DNA from: Demequinaceae bacterium
GTDB taxonomy: Bacteria > Actinomycetota > Actinomycetes > Actinomycetales > Demequinaceae
Length of the DNA: 32,000 nucleotides
Direction: 5' to 3'
Assembly: GCA_965250005.1 (NCBI GenBank)
Contig: OZ252279.1
Coordinates: 1,170,001 to 1,202,000, forward strand
A program made the position numbers and the translations under genes. Under the pieces are notes generated by a model that did no database searches, was not told where the DNA came from, and saw only the letters and a program-made list of their open reading frames with translations. Below, one piece after another: positions 14,246 through 22,668 of this stretch. Every line of letters starts with the position of its first letter. The first letter of the stretch is position 1.

Positions 14246-16783
14246 ATGCTTCGTCTCGCACTCAAATCGGTCAAGCACAAGCCAGCCAGGCTAACGCTGA
14301 CCGTCGCAGCAATCGCCCTAGGAGTCTCGTTCATCGCGGGATCCTACATCTTCACCAACTCGATCAAGTCAGCCTTTGATGGCCTGCTCGGCGAGATTTA
14401 TGCGGGTACCGACGTCACTGTGATTCCGACCGACACGGTCAATAGCCAGACCGCACCGAGCGATGAGGTCGAGGGTTTCCCTCGCTCTGTGCTCGATGAC
14501 GTTCAGGCGGTGGAAGGCGTCGCCGTCGCCGAGGGTGGCGTCAACGGTTTGACACAACTCTTCACCGAAGAAGGCGAGCCTGTCGGCACCCAAGGCCCGC
14601 CCACCATTGTCACTCACGCTGCAGTGAACCCAGAGTTCAACGTCATCGAGATTGTCGAGGGTGAATTCGCATCGACGAGCAGTCAAATCGCCATTGACAT
14701 CGGCACGGCTGACCGCGTTGGACTCGCAATCGGTGACTCAGTCTACATCCAACAAGACGATGGTCGCGATGGGTACCGAATTACCGGCCTGGTGTCGTTC
14801 GGAGAGCAGAACACTTTGCTCGGCGCGACGCTCGCGCTCTTTACGATCGACGAAGCAACAGCGATTCTCGAACTTGACGGTGAGTTCACGGGGCTGACGA
14901 TCTCAGCCGAGACTGGCGTTGAACCTGAAGAGCTAAGGGATCGCATCCAGGAAGTGCTGCCTGAAGGTGTCTCGGCGCTGACCGCAAGCGAGCAGCAGGC
15001 GAATGAAGCAGCCGAAGTTGGCGAAGGTCTGGACTTCATTAACACCTTCCTCCTGGTCTTCGCCTACATTTCAGTATTCGTGGGCGCGTTCATCATCTAC
15101 AACACGTTCCGAATCATCGTTGCCCAGCGCAACAAAGAACTCGGACTTCTTCGCGCAATCGGTGCACGCCCCTCGCAGGTCGTGCGCAGCATTCTCGTGG
15201 AAGCGCTCATCCTCGCGATCGTCGCATCGATCGTCGGTATGGGGCTCGGGTTTGGCGTGGCAGCGCTCATCGAGACCCTGTTCGAAGCCGGTGGTGGCGA
15301 CATCCCGGTTGGTGACAAGTCACTCACATTTGAGGCAGTGGCATCTTCGCTACTGACAGGTATCATCATCACGATTCTGTCGGCGCTGCTCCCCGCCATC
15401 CACGCGTCGCGCGTCAGCCCGATGGAGGCACTGCGCGAGAGCGCTGGTTCAGCAAGGAAACCTCTCCGCGGGCTCACCATTGCCGGTGTAATCGTCTTCA
15501 GCCTCGGTGCCATGATGATCGCTGGGGGGCTACTCGCCCCGCTGCCGTCACCTGCGTCATTCGTGGGCTTCGGGGCGCTGTTCGTCTTCGTGGGCGTCTT
15601 CCTTATGTCTGCGCAACTTGCCGTTCCGGTGTCCCGCTGGCTCACCAAGCCGCTCACGGCAATTGGCGGCGCGTCAGGCAAACTCGCTGCAAGCAATCTC
15701 CGACGGGAGGCTCGCAGGACCGCCTCTACGTCAGCGGCCCTGATGGTCGGTGTGAGCATCGTGACGCTAGTAGCGACGTTCGCAGCGTCAGTAAATGACA
15801 CGCTCGACGATTTCCTGAGGGATTCCTTCCCGGCGGACTTCATCGTGCAGCCCAAGGGGGCGGGCTTCGACCCATTTGCCACAATTCCGAATGGTGTTGC
15901 ACCGGCGCTTGCTGACCTTGACGTGGTCGCGTTAGCGTCGCCCTACGCCGTACTCCTCGTGGACGTCGAAGGTGCAGAGGATTTCGTCGGCATCATGGAC
16001 GCTGAGACGGTCGAGCAAGCCATCGACCTGCACGCGACACCCGAATTCTCGACTGTCGGCGACGGAGTGTTCGTTCTCGAGGCATACATCGGTGACAAGT
16101 ACGAACTCGGCGATTTCATCACCATCGACGGGCCCAGCGGGCTTCAAGATGTGGAAATCGTTGGCACCGTCGCAGACGGCGCCAACGGAAACTACCTCGT
16201 GAGCTATGACGTCGGTCAGTTGCTTGATGACGACTTGTCCGACTCGGGAGTGATGTTGCGACTCGAGCTCGACACCACCGTCGAAGACGCCCGCATTCTC
16301 ATCGACGAGGCTCTCGTCGACTACCCGACTGCCGAGGCGCTCAGTCTCGGCGACCTGGCGGATGTATTCCGGGGCTTCCTCAACACCTTCGTCAATCTGT
16401 TGACGGGTCTACTCGGACTTGCATTGTTCATCGCGGTGGTTGGTATCGCCAACACACTCTTGCTGTCGGTGACCGAGCGCACACACGAAATTGGGCTGCT
16501 CAGGGCGGTCGGGCTAGATCGCCGATCCACCGGACTCATGATCGGCTGGGAATCGATAGTGACGGCACTCTTTGGCGCCGTCATAGGCATGGTGCTCGGT
16601 GTAGTGCTGGCGTGGGCGATCATCTCTTCGCTCCGCGACAGTGGGTTCACCGGGTTCGCCATCCCGTGGGTGAACATCGGGCTCTACACAGGATTCGCGG
16701 TGTTTGCTGGAATCGCAGCGGCCATTTGGCCCGCGATGAAGGCGGCACGCCTCAACATCCTCGAGGCAATCGCCACAGAATAG
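14246..16783 (+). CDS. ABC transporter permease with two FtsX domains (about 10 TM, two large extracytoplasmic domains)
   Basis: 845 aa. TM1 is LTLTVAAIALGVSFIAGSYIF, followed by a soluble stretch of about 225 aa and then a 3-TM FtsX-type bundle (residues ~266-390). After two linking TM helices the pattern repeats (TM near 493-516, soluble domain to ~715, 3 TM to the C-terminus). Both halves contain the E-hGhh+ahG motif (KELGLLRAIGARPSQV and HEIGLLRAVGLDRRST). Confidence 0.9.
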   Translation: MLRLALKSVKHKPARLTLTVAAIALGVSFIAGSYIFTNSIKSAFDGLLGEIYAGTDVTVIPTDTVNSQTAPSDEVEGFPRSVLDDVQAVEGVAVAEGGVNGLTQLFTEEGEPVGTQGPPTIVTHAAVNPEFNVIEIVEGEFASTSSQIAIDIGTADRVGLAIGDSVYIQQDDGRDGYRITGLVSFGEQNTLLGATLALFTIDEATAILELDGEFTGLTISAETGVEPEELRDRIQEVLPEGVSALTASEQQANEAAEVGEGLDFINTFLLVFAYISVFVGAFIIYNTFRIIVAQRNKELGLLRAIGARPSQVVRSILVEALILAIVASIVGMGLGFGVAALIETLFEAGGGDIPVGDKSLTFEAVASSLLTGIIITILSALLPAIHASRVSPMEALRESAGSARKPLRGLTIAGVIVFSLGAMMIAGGLLAPLPSPASFVGFGALFVFVGVFLMSAQLAVPVSRWLTKPLTAIGGASGKLAASNLRREARRTASTSAALMVGVSIVTLVATFAASVNDTLDDFLRDSFPADFIVQPKGAGFDPFATIPNGVAPALADLDVVALASPYAVLLVDVEGAEDFVGIMDAETVEQAIDLHATPEFSTVGDGVFVLEAYIGDKYELGDFITIDGPSGLQDVEIVGTVADGANGNYLVSYDVGQLLDDDLSDSGVMLRLELDTTVEDARILIDEALVDYPTAEALSLGDLADVFRGFLNTFVNLLTGLLGLALFIAVVGIANTLLLSVTERTHEIGLLRAVGLDRRSTGLMIGWESIVTALFGAVIGMVLGVVLAWAIISSLRDSGFTGFAIPWVNIGLYTGFAVFAGIAAAIWPAMKAARLNILEAIATE

Positions 16784-16811
16784 AAGGTGCTCGCAGGCCG
16801 CAACGCCTGAT

Positions 16812-16845
16812 CGAGGGGTCCGGACCGCAAGGTTCGGGCCCCTCG
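16812..16845. terminator. Long hairpin in the convergent gap between the ABC permease and murB (bidirectional terminator candidate)
   Basis: CGAGGGG (16812-16818) pairs with CCCCTCG (16839-16845), with further inner pairing TCCGGA/TTCGGG. It sits in a 74-nt gap between two convergent stop codons. Confidence 0.5.
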
Positions 16846-16857
16846 TTGCGTCGGTGG

Positions 16858-17946
16858 CTAGAGTTCGACGCCCAGCAGCACGGGCTCTGCGGCGAGCACG
16901 ACGCCGAACTTCTCGCGGACGCCGTCGCGTACGTGACGTGCAAGCACCGCAATATCCGTTGCGGTCGCCCCACCGCGGTTGGTGATCGCGAGCGTGTGCT
17001 TGCTCGACAGCGCCGCCGAGGACCCCTCGAGCGCGAACCCCTTGCCGAACCCCGCCTGCTCGATCAACCAGGCGGCGGACGTCTTTACCGCCCCGTCAGG
17101 CGCGTCTACCCCCGCCTGATGACGAGGCGCGCTAGCGGGGAGACGCGCGGCATCGTCCGCACTCAAAACGGGGTTGGTAAAGAACGAGCCAGCGCTAGAG
17201 GTATCCGGGTCATCAGCGTCGAGCACCATCCCCTTAGAGCGGCGAAGTTCAAGTACCGCGGCGCGAACGTCCGTGAGGAGCGCCCGCTCGCCCACGTCGA
17301 TGCCGAGCGCGGCCGCCAGTCCTGCGTACTCGATTGGCCGTGACAACGTGGCGAACCGCAGTTGGAAGGTTACGTCCAGAACGACGTACCGGGGGGTCGG
17401 GTGCCACACCCGCCCCTCGCCAGCCTCTCCCCGCATAGAGCGCTTGAGCAAGGAATCGCGGTAGGCGAACGCGCAGTCGATGCGAGCGAGCGTGCGGATA
17501 CGGGACTCAGTGCGGTCCCAGGTGCGGACGATCGCGATGGTCTGCGACACTTCTTGGCCGTAGGCGCCAACGTTCTGAACCGGGGTCGCGCCGGTGGAGC
17601 CGGGGATGCCCGAGAGCGCCTCAATGCCCAGCCAGCCCTCGGCTACGGCGCGTTCGACGAGCCCGTCCCATGGAACTCCAGCGGCGACCGTGACGCCCGC
17701 ACCTCCGCAGGACGGATCGTCGGACACCTTGACGTCCGTGCGTCGGTCCCGCACCACGACCCCGTCGAAGCCGTCGTCGCTCCCAAAGAGGTTCGAGCCG
17801 CCGCCCAACACCAGCAAGGGGGTGTCGGCGTCGTCCGCCGCGCGAATAGCGTCGATGAACTCTCGCTCGGCGTGAACGTCCACCAACGTGCCGACGGGGC
17901 CCCCCACGCCTAACGTCGTAAGCGCGGCGAGCGTGGAGTCCGTCAT
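16858..17946 (-). CDS. murB: UDP-N-acetylenolpyruvoylglucosamine reductase
   Basis: I chose the ATG at 17946: MTDSTLAALTTLGVGGPVGTLVDVHAEREFIDAIRAADDADTPLLVLGGGSNLF... (FAD-binding PCMH domain). The C-terminal part reads ...SAGSFFTNPV...KTSAAWLIEQAGFGKGF. Product is 363 aa. The track's start at 18099 would overlap the MFS gene. Confidence 0.9.
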   Translation of the reverse strand: MTDSTLAALTTLGVGGPVGTLVDVHAEREFIDAIRAADDADTPLLVLGGGSNLFGSDDGFDGVVVRDRRTDVKVSDDPSCGGAGVTVAAGVPWDGLVERAVAEGWLGIEALSGIPGSTGATPVQNVGAYGQEVSQTIAIVRTWDRTESRIRTLARIDCAFAYRDSLLKRSMRGEAGEGRVWHPTPRYVVLDVTFQLRFATLSRPIEYAGLAAALGIDVGERALLTDVRAAVLELRRSKGMVLDADDPDTSSAGSFFTNPVLSADDAARLPASAPRHQAGVDAPDGAVKTSAAWLIEQAGFGKGFALEGSSAALSSKHTLAITNRGGATATDIAVLARHVRDGVREKFGVVLAAEPVLLGVEL

Positions 17947-18040
17947 GCCCCAACAGTATCCGGCAAAGCCTGGCAAGAAGAGTCGCGACCGAGCAGTAGT
18001 CCTTGCGCAGGAACCAATCGGTTCGTGTGCGGCCCACGCC

Positions 18041-19321
18041 CTACTTGGCCATGAAGGTTTGCGGAGATTCCCCGGCAGGCATCTCGGTTGCTTCCACACC
18101 GTCCTCTGAGAAGAACCGCCTGTTCGCGGCGGGAGCCACGAATAAGGCGAGTACGGCAGGAATACAAATCAGCAGAAGCGCGTGCTGCGTGGTCCACAGG
18201 TGCGCGAACTGGCCGAGCACTTGAGGCCCCGCGACTCCTGCCAAAGTGGCAACGGATGAAACAGCCGCAACGCCAGCCGCCGCACGCTTGGGGTTGTCCG
18301 CGGCGGCCGAGAACCCGATCGGAATTGACAGCGCCGCGCCCATGCCCCAAAAGATCAGGCCCACCGGAGCGAGCCACAGGACGGGTGTGGTGCCATAGAT
18401 GAGGACGCCTACGAGCACGGACGAAGCCGAGAATCGGAGCGCGGCCACTCGGCCCAGCCGGTCGATCAAGCGCGTCCCCCACCATCGAACGGTGACCATG
18501 GAAACTACGAAGATGCCGTAGAACATCGCGCCAGTCGACTCGTGAACGCCGAACCCATCCACGACGGCGAGCGAGGCCCACTGCGCCGCTGCGCCCTCGG
18601 ACAGGGAGGCCGCTAACACCACCAACCCAATCAACAGGATTCTCTTGTCGGTGTACTCGCGCCGGGCCATCGCGAACGGCCCGCTCGGGCGCTCAGCCCC
18701 GGACTTGACCGGCATGCCGTTGATTACCGCGGCGGGAATGACCATGAGTCGCAGGACGAGCATCGCCACGCCGACGCCGATGAATTGCCACATCGGCTCG
18801 ACGTCGAGCCAGGCGAGGCCCGCTCCCACTCCCGTTCCCAGAATTGCTCCTATGGAAAACGCCGCGTGGAACTGCGGCATGATCGTCCGCCCCATGCGCC
18901 GCTCGATGGCGGCGCCCTCGGCGTTCATGGTCACGTTGGTGAAGGCGAAAGAGAATCCGCCCATGAAGTTTCCGAACCCAAACAGCAGCGCGAGACCAAG
19001 GTGCGCGCCAATTCCCAGGAGCGCGTAGGCGATCGTGAACGCGAAGGCCGAAACCACGAGGACCCGCTTGGACCCCCATTTGGCCACGGACCAGCCCGTG
19101 AGTGACAGTGCGGCGAACGCGCCCACTGCGCTGAAGATCAAGACGTTTGCGAGTTCGTCCTCGCGGACACCCAACTGATCGCGAATCGATGGGATGCGCG
19201 AAAGCCAGCTAGTGAAGAGGACGCCTCCCATCGCGAAGATCGCTAGGACGGCACGGCGGGCCTGCTTGAGGCGCGCTTCTGGCAAGGTGCCAGTACTCGA
19301 TTCGCTTGGAGACGCGGTCAT
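18041..19321 (-). CDS. MFS transporter (about 12 TM), substrate unknown
   Basis: 426 aa and hydrophobic throughout, with MFS-like loop motifs (e.g. GWSVAKWGSKRVL between TM2 and TM3). Confidence 0.8.
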   Translation of the reverse strand: MTASPSESSTGTLPEARLKQARRAVLAIFAMGGVLFTSWLSRIPSIRDQLGVREDELANVLIFSAVGAFAALSLTGWSVAKWGSKRVLVVSAFAFTIAYALLGIGAHLGLALLFGFGNFMGGFSFAFTNVTMNAEGAAIERRMGRTIMPQFHAAFSIGAILGTGVGAGLAWLDVEPMWQFIGVGVAMLVLRLMVIPAAVINGMPVKSGAERPSGPFAMARREYTDKRILLIGLVVLAASLSEGAAAQWASLAVVDGFGVHESTGAMFYGIFVVSMVTVRWWGTRLIDRLGRVAALRFSASSVLVGVLIYGTTPVLWLAPVGLIFWGMGAALSIPIGFSAAADNPKRAAAGVAAVSSVATLAGVAGPQVLGQFAHLWTTQHALLLICIPAVLALFVAPAANRRFFSEDGVEATEMPAGESPQTFMAK

Positions 19322-19345
19322 GATTTCATTTGGACGGGCGTAGCG

Positions 19346-19771
19346 CTAGGAGCAGGCGACCAATGCCCGGGCCTTGCCGAGCACCGTCTGTCCGTCGAAC
19401 TCGACCGTCAAGTCGATGCGCGCCGTGAGCGCTTCAACGTCGACCGCCCCCACCTTCGCGGTGATTAACACCTGCGCCTCGCCTACGGCGGGCACGGGGA
19501 TCGGGCGCGTGAAGCGGCACTGATAGTCGACGACGTTTCCGGCACCGGCCCATTCTTCTACTACTGCCGCCGCCGATCCCATGGTGAACATGCCGTGCGC
19601 GATAACTCCGGGCAGACCGACGGACTCGGCGACCGCGTCGTTGTAGTGGATCGGGTTGAAGTCACCCGACGCGCCTGCGTAGCGAACGAGCGAATCACGC
19701 GTGACAGCGATTGTGCGGGTGGCGACTGTCTCTCCGATTTCAACGGACGAGAGCGCGGGACCGGATGACAT
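19346..19771 (-). CDS. MaoC-like (R)-specific hydratase/dehydratase, HadB-like catalytic subunit
   Basis: Hydratase-2 motif YAGASGDFNPIHYNDAVAESVGLPGVIAHGMFTMG. 141 aa. Confidence 0.85.
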   Translation of the reverse strand: MSSGPALSSVEIGETVATRTIAVTRDSLVRYAGASGDFNPIHYNDAVAESVGLPGVIAHGMFTMGSAAAVVEEWAGAGNVVDYQCRFTRPIPVPAVGEAQVLITAKVGAVDVEALTARIDLTVEFDGQTVLGKARALVACS

Positions 19772-20217
19772 CAGGCTTCCTCCCTCACGGCAAGCGTGGA
19801 CCGAACCGTGGCGACCGCGGCTCCGGAGGAGTCAGCAAGCTCCGCGCGCGTCGTCACCATTGAGATGCCCGCTCGTTGAACGATGTTATCGATGTGGATG
19901 ACCGTTTCGATCACGTCTCCGGCGACGATGGGCCGATGGTACGTGAAACGCTCGTCCGCGTGCACCACCTTAGAGAAATCGACGCCGACCTCGGGATCGA
20001 CGATCACCGCGAACTCCGCCCGCTGAGCGATCGCAACGGCGAAGGTAGCGGGGGCCACGACGTCAGCGTGACCGAGCGACTGCGCCACTTCAGGGTCCCG
20101 GTGCGACCGGGCGCGCGCGTCAACGGCGTCCGCAAACTCGCGGATCTTGATTCGGGTGACCTCGTACTTTTCAGATGGTCCGTAGGACCGCCCGATCGCG
20201 TCGACGTTGACCGGCAT
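19771..20217 (-). CDS. MaoC-N-terminal-like dehydratase subunit (HadA-like, non-catalytic partner)
   Basis: I chose the ATG at 20217: MPVNVDAIGRSYGPSEKYEVTRIKIREFADAVDA... (149 aa). Its stop overlaps the next start as ATGA. It lies directly downstream of rpmG, as in other actinobacteria. Confidence 0.8.
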   Translation of the reverse strand: MPVNVDAIGRSYGPSEKYEVTRIKIREFADAVDARARSHRDPEVAQSLGHADVVAPATFAVAIAQRAEFAVIVDPEVGVDFSKVVHADERFTYHRPIVAGDVIETVIHIDNIVQRAGISMVTTRAELADSSGAAVATVRSTLAVREEA

Positions 20218-20227
20218 GCGAGAGAAC

Positions 20228-20392
20228 TTAGCGGGTCTCGCGGTGCGCCGTCTGCTTGCCGCAGCTGGAGCAGAATTTAGGGAGCTCCAAGCGGTCGGGA
20301 GTGTTCCGGCGGTTCTTCTTGGTGATGTAGTTACGGCTCTTGCAGTCCACGCATGCAAGCGTGATCTTGGGCCGAACGTCTGACTTAGCCAC
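20228..20392 (-). CDS. rpmG: 50S ribosomal protein L33 (Cys4 zinc-ribbon form)
   Basis: Absent from the ORF track (under 60 aa). My translation from GTG 20392 is [54 protein letters not shown] (54 aa, TAA stop). GGAGA lies 6 nt upstream. Confidence 0.93.
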   Translation of the reverse strand: MAKSDVRPKITLACVDCKSRNYITKKNRRNTPDRLELPKFCSSCGKQTAHRETR

Positions 20393-20438
20393 GATGTATC
20401 TCCTCGCGCCTTGCGGCGCTATCGGTGTTCAATTTCTG

Positions 20439-20512
20439 TAGCGAGGGCGGGGATCGAACCCGCGACCTCACGATTATGAGTCGTGCGCTCTAACCATCTG
20501 AGCTACCCCGCC
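20439..20512 (-). tRNA. metT: tRNA-Met (anticodon CAT), elongator-type
   Basis: Hand-folded, 74 nt: GGCGGGG-TA-GCTC-AGATGGTTA-GAGC-G-CACGA-CTCATAA-TCGTG-AGGTC-GCGGG-TTCGATC-CCCGC-CCTCGCT-A. The acceptor stem has two G-U pairs. The anticodon stem lacks the initiator 3xGC signature. A tRNA-Ile2 (lysidine) identity cannot be excluded from sequence alone. Confidence 0.82.
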
Positions 20513-20550
20513 TGGCGGTGGACGGCTTCCTAAGAAACCGGCCACTTCCG

Positions 20551-20623
20551 AGCCCCGACAGGGATTCGAACCCTGGACCTTTTCCTTACCATGGAAACGC
20601 TCTACCGACTGAGCTATCGGGGC
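20551..20623 (-). tRNA. thrT: tRNA-Thr (anticodon GGT)
   Basis: Hand-folded, 73 nt: GCCCCGA-TA-GCTC-AGTCGGTA-GAGC-G-TTTCC-ATGGTAA-GGAAA-AGGTC-CAGGG-TTCGAAT-CCCTG-TCGGGGC-T. Confidence 0.92.
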
Positions 20624-20695
20624 AAGCCGGTCAAGAATACACGGCAATGGCCCCTAGGGATAAATCGTGTCGTGCGGCAGCGCTAGTGTGACGGA

Positions 20696-21919
20696 ATGAC
20701 CGCCGCGATGCCCGCCGCTCAGTCGCGGCGCATCTTCCTCCATGCGCAGGGATTGGACCGTCGCCGACGCCCCGGCCGCGCCGGCCCAGCGAGGTTCCGC
20801 GAGTACCTGGGCCGACAGGGCGTACTGCAACTCGACTCCGTCAATGTGCTGGCCCGCGCCCACTACATGCCGCTTTTCTCCCGCTACGGGAACTACGACC
20901 GCGCCAAGCTCGACAACTATCTGTGGTCCAGCGGCGAAGCTTTCGAGCACTGGGGCCACCAGGCGTCAGTAATGCCGCGTGCCCTGCTGCCCGCCCTGCA
21001 CCATCGGATGTCCTACCGCGACGCGTGGCGATCGGGCCAGCTTCAGAATCTTGAGCGCGAGCGCCCCGGGTTGCTAGAACAGGTCAGGGACGCCGTCGAG
21101 GCACACGGACCCGTCACCGCAGCGGACCTCGACCACCTCTCCCCCACTGGGCCGCGAAGCACATCGTGGTGGGACCACGACCACGTCAAGCTCGCGCTCG
21201 AGTATCTATTCTTTACCGGCGGGGCCGCCGTGTCCGGGCGGCCACAGTTCCGGCGAATGTACGACTCGCCCTCCCGCGTGTGGGGACGCGAGGCGGCCCA
21301 AGGCGCGCTCGCGCGCGACGAGGCGCGCCAGCAGTTATTCGATCGCGCGATCGGTGCCGTGGGAGTCGGGACGGCAAGGGACGTGGCGGACCATTTTCGG
21401 CTGGGAACCAAGGGGGCTTCGGCCCTCGCAGACTCGGCAGTTGACCGAGGGCTAGCCGAATGGGTCGAGGTCGAAGCCTGGGGTACGCCTGCGCTCCTGG
21501 CGGTCGGCGCGCCAGACCCGGGTCGTGCGACGGGTGCCGCCCTCCTCAGCCCGTTCGATCCCGTGTGCTGGTACCGGCCACGTCTCGAGAGGATGTTCGG
21601 GATGGACTACAAGATTGAGGTTTACACGCCCGCTCCCAAGCGCACGTTTGGCTACTACACGCTGCCATTCCTGATGGGCGACCAAATGGTGGGGCGCTTC
21701 GACCTCAAGGCAGACCGGAAGGCCGGGGTGCTACGAGTGCAGTCGTCATGGCGAGAGAAGGGAGAGCCCCCGGGCGCGCGCCAGCGCGCCGACAGTGAGA
21801 TCGCAGCAGCGCTCGCAGACGAGCTGCGCGTCATGGCTACGTGGCTCGACCTGGACTATGTGGCGGTTGAGCCGCGCGGGAACTTCGCCGCAGCGCTGGC
21901 GTCCGTCGCAAACTCATAG
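20696..21919 (+). CDS. ycaQ: YcaQ/AlkZ-like winged-helix DNA glycosylase family protein (interstrand-crosslink repair family)
   Basis: The N-terminus [20 protein letters not shown]...[53 protein letters not shown] parallels the E. coli YcaQ pattern as I recall it (LQIDTINIVARSPYLVLFSRLGNY...EYWAHEACFMP). 407 aa. Confidence 0.75.
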   Translation: MTAAMPAAQSRRIFLHAQGLDRRRRPGRAGPARFREYLGRQGVLQLDSVNVLARAHYMPLFSRYGNYDRAKLDNYLWSSGEAFEHWGHQASVMPRALLPALHHRMSYRDAWRSGQLQNLERERPGLLEQVRDAVEAHGPVTAADLDHLSPTGPRSTSWWDHDHVKLALEYLFFTGGAAVSGRPQFRRMYDSPSRVWGREAAQGALARDEARQQLFDRAIGAVGVGTARDVADHFRLGTKGASALADSAVDRGLAEWVEVEAWGTPALLAVGAPDPGRATGAALLSPFDPVCWYRPRLERMFGMDYKIEVYTPAPKRTFGYYTLPFLMGDQMVGRFDLKADRKAGVLRVQSSWREKGEPPGARQRADSEIAAALADELRVMATWLDLDYVAVEPRGNFAAALASVANS

Positions 21920-21947
21920 CAAGCACTGCGCACCTTCGAAAACCACG

Positions 21948-21975
21948 AAGGCCCGGCGCTTCCGCGTCGGGCCTT
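21948..21975. terminator. Hairpin between ycaQ and tRNA-Tyr (bidirectional terminator candidate)
   Basis: AAGGCCCG (21948-21955) pairs with CGGGCCTT (21968-21975). On the minus strand it is followed by CGTGGTTTTCG. An adjacent small stem CCTTCG/CGAAGG lies at 21933-21951. Confidence 0.55.
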
Positions 21976-21978
21976 GTG

Positions 21979-22060
21979 TGGCAGGTGAGGGATTCGAACC
22001 CCCGTAGTCTAAGACGGCTGATTTACAGTCAGCTCCCTTTGGCCGCTCGGGTAACCTGCC
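21979..22060 (-). tRNA. tyrT: tRNA-Tyr (anticodon GTA), type II with long variable arm
   Basis: Hand-folded, 82 nt: GGCAGGT-TA-CCC-GAGCGGCCAAA-GGG-A-GCTGA-CTGTAAA-TCAGC-CGTCTTAGACTAC-GGGGG-TTCGAAT-CCCTC-ACCTGCC-A. Confidence 0.9.
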
Positions 22061-22146
22061 TTGCGCCTAATAGTGGTGCGCATGGAAGGATAGCAACAAA
22101 CGTACGCGCGGGGCTAAACGGCCCCGCCCAATTCCGGGGAGGCGCC

Positions 22147-22638
22147 GTGGCCAAGGACTCGACTTTCGACGTAGTCAGCAAGGTGGACCGTCAAGAGGTA
22201 GATAACGCCCTCAACCAAACGTACAAAGAAATTTCGCAGCGCTATGACTTTCGCGGCGTAGGGGCATCGATCGAATGGGCTGGCGAAAACGTGCTGATGA
22301 AAGCCAACTCCGAGGAGCGAGTCAAAGCGATCCTCGATGTTTTCATCGGCAAGCTAGCCAAGCGCGAGATCTCCCTCAAGACGCTCGATCACGGCGACGC
22401 CACACCATCGGGCAAGGAGTTTCACCTGGCAGCGAGCATCAAAGAGGGTATCCCGCAGGACGTCGCCAAAGAGCTCACCAAGCTCATCCGTGATCAGGGG
22501 CCCAAGACCGTCAAGGCGCTCATCCAAGGCGACGAACTGCGGGTGTCGAGCAAGTCGCGCGACGATCTGCAAGCAACCATGGCTCTTATGCGCGGCGCCG
22601 ACGTGGACGCCGCGCTGCAGTTCGTAAACTACCGCTAG
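22147..22638 (+). CDS. yajQ: YajQ-family nucleotide-binding protein (UPF0234/DUF520)
   Basis: I chose the GTG at 22147, with GGGGAGG 4-5 nt upstream: [44 protein letters not shown]... (163 aa). The longer track ORF would overlap tRNA-Tyr. Confidence 0.85.
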   Translation: MAKDSTFDVVSKVDRQEVDNALNQTYKEISQRYDFRGVGASIEWAGENVLMKANSEERVKAILDVFIGKLAKREISLKTLDHGDATPSGKEFHLAASIKEGIPQDVAKELTKLIRDQGPKTVKALIQGDELRVSSKSRDDLQATMALMRGADVDAALQFVNYR

Positions 22639-22646
22639 CGCGCCTC

Positions 22647-22665
22647 GCCGCTGCTACCGAGCGGC
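22647..22665. terminator. Short hairpin in the 30-nt convergent gap between yajQ and htpX
   Basis: GCCGCT (22647-22652), a 7-nt loop, then AGCGGC (22660-22665). The stem is only 6 bp. Confidence 0.3.
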
Positions 22666-22668
22666 CGT

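Noticed and set aside
15097-15882. 261-aa minus-strand ORF
   Set aside because: It is antisense to the FtsX permease gene, and its Ser/Ala/Pro-rich content is a mirror-frame artefact.
16858-18099. N-terminally extended track ORFs for murB (to 18099), the HadA-like gene (to 20358), rplJ (to 2644) and the sulfur-operon permease (from 30688)
   Set aside because: The extensions overlap neighbouring genuine genes or lack homology-like sequence. Internal ATG starts reproduce the expected N-termini.
20439-22060. tRNA-flanked ycaQ considered as a small integrated genomic island
   Set aside because: There is no integrase or recombinase and no duplicated tRNA 3' segment that could serve as an attL/attR pair. 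The shared GGTTCGAATCCCT between tRNA-Thr and tRNA-Tyr is just the conserved T-arm. The cargo is a single gene.
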